Sequence record: TARA_SAMEA6002221_METAG-scaffold_45
From: a metagenome
DNA: 32,000 nt
Strand: one strand, 5' to 3'
Translations under genes and position numbers: made by a program
The notes under the pieces: generated by a model
Told to the model about the DNA's origin: nothing
Database searches by the model: none
What the model saw: only the letters and a program-made list of their open reading frames with translations
Part shown: positions 26,199 through 32,000 of the stretch, piece by piece
How the letters are laid out: each line of letters starts with the position of its first letter
Position numbering within the stretch: position 1 is the stretch's first letter

Positions 26199-27551
26199 GC
26201 GCCGCTGACGACGGATGCCGATTCACCGCTCATTCGCGTGTTTATCAGAGAGGTGGTCGCCGCGTCGCGAGGAAAGATGACGCAAACCGAGCGTCGCGCG
26301 TTACCGGCGGTGTTGTTTCTGCAGGGTGGTCCGGGCTTCGAGTGCGCGCGTCCGTTTGAGGAGGGCGGTTGGCTCGCAGAGTTGGTCAAGGAGCACCGCG
26401 TGTTTTTGATGGATCAGCGAGGGACCGGGATGAGTTCGGCCGAGCTCACGCGCGCGCGGTTCGACGAGGGTGACGGTGAGACGTTGGTGGAACCGGACGT
26501 GAACGTGGCGTCGGGGAGCGACGCGAGCGCGGCGATTCGGTGGGCCTCACTGCTCAAGTGTTTTCGAGCGGACGCCATCGTTCGCGACGCCGAGTTGTTC
26601 CGAAAGCGCGCGCTCGGAGAAGACGTGAAGTGGACGCTCTTGGGTCAATCGTTTGGTGGGTTTTGTATCACGACGTATCTGTCTTTCGCCCCCGAGGGCG
26701 TCAAGGAGGCGCTGTACACGGGCGGTTTGCCTCCGTTGATTGACGAAGAGGCGTCGGCGTTGGGCGCGTACACCAAGCTTTTGAATCGCGTCAAGACGCA
26801 AAATGAAAAGTTCCACGCGCGGTTTCCGGGAGATAACGAGCGCATACACTACCTCGCGCGTCACATTCAGGAGGTGGACACACCTTTGCCGGGAGGAGGC
26901 TCGTTATCCGCGACGCATTTGAGGGCGCTCGGATTTTCCAATCTCGGCACCGCGCAAGGGATGGAGCGTTTGCACTACATACTCGAGAACGTCCGCGTCG
27001 AGCCCACCGGCAAGGCGCCGCTGAGCAAAAAGCTTTTGATCGAGATTGAAAACGCGTACAGACACTTCGAGACGAATGCGCTCTACGCGATTCTTCATGA
27101 GAGTATTTACTGCAGCGGTGGAAACGCGTACGGCGCCGCCGACGAGGCGTTGCGAAATCGCACAGAATTCGACACCGTCGCCGGTTTCGCCGCCGATCCG
27201 AGCAAGCAATTCCTATTCACCGGCGAGATGGTGTACGAGAGCTTCTTCGAAGACATTCACTCTCTTCGCCCCTACCGCGAAATCTGGAGAGCGCTCGCCC
27301 GCGAAGAAGAGTGGACGACATTATACGACGTCGAGCGTCTCGGCGCCAACGAAAACATCCCCGTAGCGTGCGCGAGCTACGTCGAAGACATGTTCGTCGA
27401 TTTCGATCTCGCCGCAGACACGGCGGCGAAAATTTCCGGCGCCAGAGTGTGGTCGACGTCCGAATACATGCACTCCGGCATTCGAGAAAACGGCGCCCTC
27501 ATCGTCAGCAAACTCCTCTCGTACACTCGAGACGAGGATCCGATTCGTTGA
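26199..27551 (+). CDS. Prolyl aminopeptidase (S33 alpha/beta hydrolase), exon 2
   Basis: The exon starts after the acceptor TTCGCGCAG| as APLTTDADSPLIRVFIREV..., which corresponds to the family VPLDY....I.VF.REV region. The oxyanion region is LFLQGGPGFE, followed by MDQRGTGMS, and the nucleophile elbow is LLGQSFGG (about 26641-26661). The ORF-track start at 26238 is GTG. Confidence 0.85.
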   Translation, partial: APLTTDADSPLIRVFIREVVAASRGKMTQTERRALPAVLFLQGGPGFECARPFEEGGWLAELVKEHRVFLMDQRGTGMSSAELTRARFDEGDGETLVEPDVNVASGSDASAAIRWASLLKCFRADAIVRDAELFRKRALGEDVKWTLLGQSFGGFCITTYLSFAPEGVKEALYTGGLPPLIDEEASALGAYTKLLNRVKTQNEKFHARFPGDNERIHYLARHIQEVDTPLPGGGSLSATHLRALGFSNLGTAQGMERLHYILENVRVEPTGKAPLSKKLLIEIENAYRHFETNALYAILHESIYCSGGNAYGAADEALRNRTEFDTVAGFAADPSKQFLFTGEMVYESFFEDIHSLRPYREIWRALAREEEWTTLYDVERLGANENIPVACASYVEDMFVDFDLAADTAAKISGARVWSTSEYMHSGIRENGALIVSKLLSYTRDEDPIR

Positions 27552-27561
27552 TCACCCGCCC

Positions 27562-27616
27562 GTCTACGACGTGTCTACGACGTGTCTACGACGTGTCTAC
27601 CACGCGTCTACCACGC
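27562..27616. repeat. 11-bp minisatellite x5 immediately after the aminopeptidase stop codon
   Basis: GTCTACGACGT x3 followed by GTCTACCACGC x2, in the 121-bp space between two convergent stop codons. Confidence 0.9.
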
Positions 27617-27672
27617 GTCGTGTAAATGATTACATGTTCTAGATTACCGTCGCCCGCCCCCTCTCGCGCGGC

Positions 27673-27858
27673 TCACCTCTTTCGCGCCTCCGCCTCCACC
27701 TCGCGTCGCTTCATCGCCTCGTGCTGCGCGCTGTAATGCGTGAATCCCTTGACCGTCGTCGCCAGGAACCACGCCCCCGAGACGACCGTCACGGTGAACA
27801 ACCCGAGGCTCGTCGCTCGAAAGGCGACGTCGACGAGCGACGTCGTCTTCCCGCGCAT
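27673..27858 (-). CDS. 61-aa single-TM protein, function unknown
   Basis: The ORF-track start at 28005 is GTG, and that frame has no ATG before 27858. MRGKTTSLVDVAFRATSLGLFTVTVVSGAWFLATTVKGFTHYSAQHEAMKRREVEAEARKR has one hydrophobic helix and a basic tail. Nearly all third positions are G/C. Confidence 0.45.
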   Translation of the reverse strand: MRGKTTSLVDVAFRATSLGLFTVTVVSGAWFLATTVKGFTHYSAQHEAMKRREVEAEARKR

Positions 27859-28170
27859 CTCGCGCCGCGGTCTCGCCGCGACGCGTCGTTCCGCCGCGCG
27901 CGGTCGGTGCGCGACGGAGGATGCGTTCTCGCGCGTCCGCCGACGGAGGACGGCCGCGGTCGCCGCGCGCGGGTGTGCGGAGGGGAGGGTGGGAAGAGCG
28001 CCCACTCGGGCTGCGCGCGTCGTCGAGGGAGGGGAGGCGCGAAGAAAGACGTATTAAAGTGCTCTTCACGACAAACTTAATGGACATTGTCGCGACGCTT
28101 TGGACTAGAACTCGAAAAACTAAACAAAACACGGTTTCCTTTGTCGTCGGGTGCGGGAGAATGGTGTCGA

Positions 28171-29946
28171 TCACCATCCGTCGTCGTCGTCGTCGCTGCC
28201 CCACGCGTCGTCGGCGGCTCCGGCGGCGGGAGCCGCGGCGGCTCCGGCAGCCGCGGGAGCGCTCACCATCATGTGCTTGAACTTGTCGTCGACGGCGATG
28301 GTGACTCCGCTTTCGGTCTCCACGACGGAAGGTTCGTCGGTGCGACCTTCGCGCCAGGCTTTGGCTTCCTCGCGCTCCTTGGCGCGCGCCTCTCGGCCGG
28401 TGGCAAAGGCGAACATGTTACCGGCTTCGAGCTCCATCAAAGCGCGCTTGATTTGCGCGACGATGAAGGAGTCACGATCGGTGTAGAAGGACGTTGATCG
28501 ACCAGTCATGCCGGCGCGACCGGTACGACCGATGCGGTGGACGTAATCTTCAAAGTTGCGCGGAAGATCAAGGTTGACGACGTGCGCCACGCCCTTGACG
28601 TCCAAACCGCGAGCGGCGACGTCGGTGGCGACGAGCACCGAGCATCTGCCGGTCTTGTAATCGTGAAGCGCCGCTTCACGCTCGCCTTGGGTGCGACCGC
28701 CGTGGAGCGCAGCCGCAGAGACGTTCTCCGCGTTTAAGAGCTCGGCGATTTCGTCGGCGCGGTTTTTACGCTCGACGAAAACCACAGTCATGGGCATGTC
28801 GTGTCCCATTCGTTGCGCTTCTCTTTGCTCACCGATCAGCGTCGTCACAAGTCTGTTCACCTTTTCAGCGTCCACGACCTTTTCGAGGTGCTGCGAGACG
28901 TTCGCCGTCGGAGCGCTCGTTTGACCAACCTTGACCTTGACGGGCTTCTCCAAGTAATCGCTCGCGAGCGCTTCAACTTCGCTCGGCATCGTCGCCGAGA
29001 AGAGCAACGTCTGATGAGGCCTGGGCAAGTTCATCAATACTTCACGGATTTGCGGTTCAAAACCCATGTCCAACATTCTGTCAGCCTCGTCCAACACGAT
29101 CAAGGAGACGCGCGAGAGATTCGTGTTCCCTTGCTGCAAGTGATCAATCAAACGACCCGGGGTGGCGACGATGATTTGCACGCCCCCACGCAACGAGCTT
29201 CTCTGCTCGTGCATGTTTGTACCACCGACGATGATGGCCGTTCTGAATCCCTTCGAGCTTCGCGTGAAGGTTTTCGCCTCCGCTTCAATCTGCTGCGCCA
29301 ACTCTCGCGTCGGCGCCAAAACGATGGCGTACGGACCGTCTCCGTGTCTCAACGGCGCTTGGTTCAGCGAGTGTTGAACCATGGGAATCGAAAAAGCGGC
29401 CGTCTTCCCACTACCCGTCTCAGCGCATCCCAACACGTCCCGTCCACTCAGGATGACTGGAATCGCCTGCGCCTGAATCGGCGACGGTTTATCGTACTCC
29501 TTGAATCGAATATCCGCCACGATGTCGCGCGTCAGCTGCATGTCCTCGAACGACTCGATCGCGCTCGGCGCTTCCGCCTCACCCTCTGGAACCTCCACGC
29601 TCACCCCCAAACGCTCTCGAATCTCCTTCTTTTGTTCCTCCGTCAGCGCCTCCACGCGCGCGCTCGGCGTCCACTTCGCGAACACCGGCGCGACGCTCCC
29701 GCCGCCTCGTCCATCCCTCCCACCGCCGTCCCGTCCTCGATCACCGTCTCTCACACCACCACCGTACGACCCTCGATCACCGTACGCGTCTCTCGAGCCA
29801 CCGCCTCGCGAGGGCGGCGCCCCCGTTCGCCCGTCGTCCCGACCGCCGCGATCGTCCCACGAGGATCGCCCGCCTCGCCCGTCGCGATCGCCGCCACCGT
29901 CGCGATCACCGCCACCACCGCGCAGGTGTGGAGGCAGGTATCCCAT
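28171..29946 (-). CDS. DEAD-box ATP-dependent RNA helicase (DDX41/RH35-like core) with an RGG/GGRD-rich N-terminus
   Basis: Motifs present are the Q motif PSPIQAQAIP, then AETGSGKT, PTRELA, DEAD, SAT, and HRIGRTGRAG. HGGRTQGEREAALHDYKTGRCSVLVATDVAARGLD is also present. The ORF-track start at 30036 is GTG; the first ATG is 29946 (MGYLPPHLRGGGGDRDGGG). Confidence 0.9.
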   Translation of the reverse strand: MGYLPPHLRGGGGDRDGGGDRDGRGGRSSWDDRGGRDDGRTGAPPSRGGGSRDAYGDRGSYGGGVRDGDRGRDGGGRDGRGGGSVAPVFAKWTPSARVEALTEEQKKEIRERLGVSVEVPEGEAEAPSAIESFEDMQLTRDIVADIRFKEYDKPSPIQAQAIPVILSGRDVLGCAETGSGKTAAFSIPMVQHSLNQAPLRHGDGPYAIVLAPTRELAQQIEAEAKTFTRSSKGFRTAIIVGGTNMHEQRSSLRGGVQIIVATPGRLIDHLQQGNTNLSRVSLIVLDEADRMLDMGFEPQIREVLMNLPRPHQTLLFSATMPSEVEALASDYLEKPVKVKVGQTSAPTANVSQHLEKVVDAEKVNRLVTTLIGEQREAQRMGHDMPMTVVFVERKNRADEIAELLNAENVSAAALHGGRTQGEREAALHDYKTGRCSVLVATDVAARGLDVKGVAHVVNLDLPRNFEDYVHRIGRTGRAGMTGRSTSFYTDRDSFIVAQIKRALMELEAGNMFAFATGREARAKEREEAKAWREGRTDEPSVVETESGVTIAVDDKFKHMMVSAPAAAGAAAAPAAGAADDAWGSDDDDDGW

Positions 29947-30438
29947 CGCGCGCGCGAGACCACCTCGAGAGGGCGCTCGCGGTCGCGCGCGTCGCGGTCG
30001 CGCGTCGGCGGCGCGCCGAGGTCGCGGGACATCCACCCGCCGGTGTGGGGGGGTGTTTTGACGAGTGATGACTCACGATGTACATAGTGAAGATCCCGTT
30101 CGTCGAACAATAGACTGTGAGGAAACACCACGCGAGCGTGATGGTACACCGGGTAAACGATGGCGCACTACGATGATGTGTGCCCTGGAGACAGCGCTGC
30201 GGGGGAAATCTGTGTAGGGTTTAGGCGCGCGCATCTCTCGCGGCGGATCGCCTCGTCGTCCGCCTTTCCGAGGCGCGACGACAACGATGGCGAAGGGAGA
30301 ACCGACGAGGTGCGCGATGCGAACGCGAACGCGGTGGTGCGCGTGATTCCTCGATGAGGTCGAGCCGCGGTAGTGGACGCGGCGCGATGGAGGAGGAGGC
30401 TGACGAGCGATGGATGATGCGTTTGGGGTTTGGTCTCG

Positions 30439-30470
30439 CGCGTTCGCGTTCGCGTTCGCGCTCGCGTTCG
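30439..30470. repeat. (GCGTTC)n hexamer repeat, inverted relative to GCGAACGCGAACGCG at 30319-30333
   Basis: cgcgttcgcgttcgcgttcgcgctcgcgttcg. Its reverse complement matches the 15-mer at 30319-30333, so the two could form a stem about 105 nt apart within the 780-bp spacer. Confidence 0.7.
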
Positions 30471-30725
30471 ACGCGGGATCGTTCGAACGGTGATGCGCGC
30501 GCGGGGGATGGACGGTGGAATATTCATCGCTCGCGGTGCGCGACTGCGAGGACGATATCGGCGTCGGCCCGCGCGTGGAGAACCGCGCGCGCGCGGTCGG
30601 AGGATGCGCGCGAAGACCCTAAACCACGCGCGGGGCGCGCGCGTGCGCGAGGGCGCGGACGCCGCGTCGCGGCGCGCGACGACGACGGAGAAGGATGAGA
30701 CTGTGATGAGACTGTGGGGGTTCGC

Positions 30726-30763
30726 ATGAACGCGCGTTCGCGCGGACGCGACGCGAGATGCGC
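30726..30763 (+). CDS. RPL35A: Ribosomal protein eL33 (RPL35A), exon 1 (model)
   Basis: ATG at 30726 gives MNARSRGRDARC, plus 2 nt of the next codon. The donor is GC|GTGAGAG at 30764. The exon length of 38 nt fits the phase required by exon 2. Confidence 0.55.
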
Positions 30764-30818
30764 GTGAGAGACCACGGAAAGACTGACCGCTCGGTGTTCA
30801 TTCGTCGCTCGCTCGCAG

Positions 30819-31125
30819 ACTGTACGTGCGCGGGTTGATTTTGGGGTACAAGCGCGCGCGCACCAACCAATACAACCACACGTCGTTGATCAAGCTGGAG
30901 GGCGTCAGCGATGCTCCGTCGACGGCCTTCTACGCCGGTAAGAAGTTGTGCTACGTCTACAAGGCGAAGACGAAGAAGCAGGGTACGAATTACCGTACGA
31001 TTTGGGGCAAGGTGACGCGCGCGCACGGGGCGAGCGGCGTCGTGCGGGCGAAGTTCAAGAGCCACTTGCCGTCCAACTCTATCGGTGGTAAGGTTCGATG
31101 CATGTTGTACCCGTCCAACATTTAA
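30819..31125 (+). CDS. RPL35A: Ribosomal protein eL33 (RPL35A), exon 2
   Basis: After the acceptor CTCGCAG| the sequence reads (A)[29 protein letters not shown]...[57 protein letters not shown], nearly collinear with plant RPL35A. The ORF-track start at 30826 is GTG inside the conserved LYVRG. Confidence 0.9.
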
Positions 31126-31329
31126 ACGAGATAGATCTGGGCGGAACGGCAACTGGATCGGGTGAGACGCTAGAGTCGAAACTCGGTCGCACTAGACAAA
31201 ATTGACTTGCTGTAATCGTTGAAACGAGCGCGGTCGTCACCATTTTAATCGTCGTCTCGCACTGCTCGCTGCTGCCGCTGCGTGTGGATCACATACATCG
31301 GTTTGCTACTAGGTTCGCGCTACAATGAA

Positions 31330-32000
31330 TCAATACGTGCCTCGGAAGGCGTTCCAGGCGATGGCGCCCTGCGTCGCGAGCGGCGCGCCGCCCTTGGCGA
31401 CGCCTTCGTCGAAGACGTCGAAATCTCTCGCCTCGAGCGCGTCTAAATACCGTCCAACGGGCACCGCCTGGAGCATGAACGGCTTCGCCTCGTCCGGAAT
31501 TCTCGACACCATCGCCCTGGCGCTGTCTAAGTGCGTCTTGGCCACGCTCGCCACCTCGTGCGCGACGTTTCTCACGCCTTCGCTCGGTTCCATGCGATAG
31601 ACGCTCTCCGTGCTCACGCCGTGCCGAGCGCACGCGTCGGTCGGCAAGTAACACCTTCGCTGTCTCGCGTGCGCTACCGTCCCACGCAACAATGCGCTCA
31701 ATCCGACAGCCTTACCTAAATGACTCGCCGCGTGATCCGCATCCGCGTCGCGTATCCCGCACGCGTCGAGCGCCAACGTCAACGCCGAACCGTGCGCGTC
31801 GCTCGCGTACCGCTCCAATTCCTTCACATCCCTCGGAGGTCCCTCCGTCTCCGCGTCCCTGATGCGCGCATCTATCATATTCTTCATCCACCGTCTCGCT
31901 CGCGCGCTCGGCGCTCCTCTGAACGACGCCGATATCGCCGTCGCCACCGGGTGCGTCGCCGCGCCGCTCGCGCCGTCCCCGATCGTCTCTCGCCACCACA
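31330..32000 (-). CDS. NDUFAF6: NDUFAF6-like squalene/phytoene-synthase-family protein (complex I assembly factor), 5' end outside the window
   Basis: The frame stays open to the window edge (..WWRETIGDGASGAATHPVATAIS..). RRCYLPTDACARHGVSTESVYR...FMLQAVPVGRYLDALEARDFDVFD...AWNAFRGTY* parallels the C-terminus of human NDUFAF6 (CYLPMDICMLHGVSQEDF...SWRKTY). The ORF-track start at 31947 is GTG. Confidence 0.8.
   Translation of the reverse strand, partial: WWRETIGDGASGAATHPVATAISASFRGAPSARARRWMKNMIDARIRDAETEGPPRDVKELERYASDAHGSALTLALDACGIRDADADHAASHLGKAVGLSALLRGTVAHARQRRCYLPTDACARHGVSTESVYRMEPSEGVRNVAHEVASVAKTHLDSARAMVSRIPDEAKPFMLQAVPVGRYLDALEARDFDVFDEGVAKGGAPLATQGAIAWNAFRGTY

Overview
The window is very GC-rich, extremely gene-dense eukaryotic nuclear DNA. 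It contains no bacterial operons, CRISPR arrays or IS elements. The compaction fits a prasinophyte picoalga of the Mamiellophyceae (Ostreococcus/Micromonas-like): intergenic spacers run from about 30 to 780 bp, genes are almost all single-exon, and G/C dominates third codon positions. That assignment is inference only; no search was run.

I can support about 20 protein-coding genes and one intron-containing tRNA-Pro(CGG). In order:
- UPF1-like helicase (3' part)
- RNI-type LRR fused to an ADAT1-type adenosine deaminase
- ADAM/reprolysin-like membrane metalloprotease
- Cys-rich single-pass membrane protein
- stand-alone Utp12-domain protein
- ePHD + AAA+ + Tudor chromatin ATPase
- CHMP6/VPS20
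- SirB1/UPF0162-like protein
- basic protein of unknown function
- protein with CTFxP repeats
- small transit-peptide + TM protein
- tRNA-Pro
- KRI1
- squalene epoxidase
- BET3/TRAPPC3
- LETM1-like protein
- prolyl aminopeptidase (2 exons)
- 61-aa TM protein
- DEAD-box helicase
- RPL35A (2 exons)
- NDUFAF6-like protein (partial)

Several ORF-track starts are GTG/TTG codons, so I re-anchored those genes on the first in-frame ATG. Many long ORFs antisense to real genes are compositional artefacts.

The most interesting non-genic signals are:
- a roughly 250-bp near-perfect hairpin or MITE-like inverted repeat at 8730-8980
- a recurring (C)GAGTCATGAC(CCGT) motif family in four divergent promoters
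- two short introns that share a GTG donor and an ACTGACC branch site
- extremely tight gene spacing: an 83-bp divergent promoter, a 32-bp tandem gap and 42 bp between convergent stop codons

I found no self-contained novel system. The unusual domain architectures (LRR-ADAT1, a metzincin with a proline-rich stalk, ePHD-AAA-Tudor) and the promoter repeat family are the best leads. All homology calls come from motif recognition by eye and need a database search.
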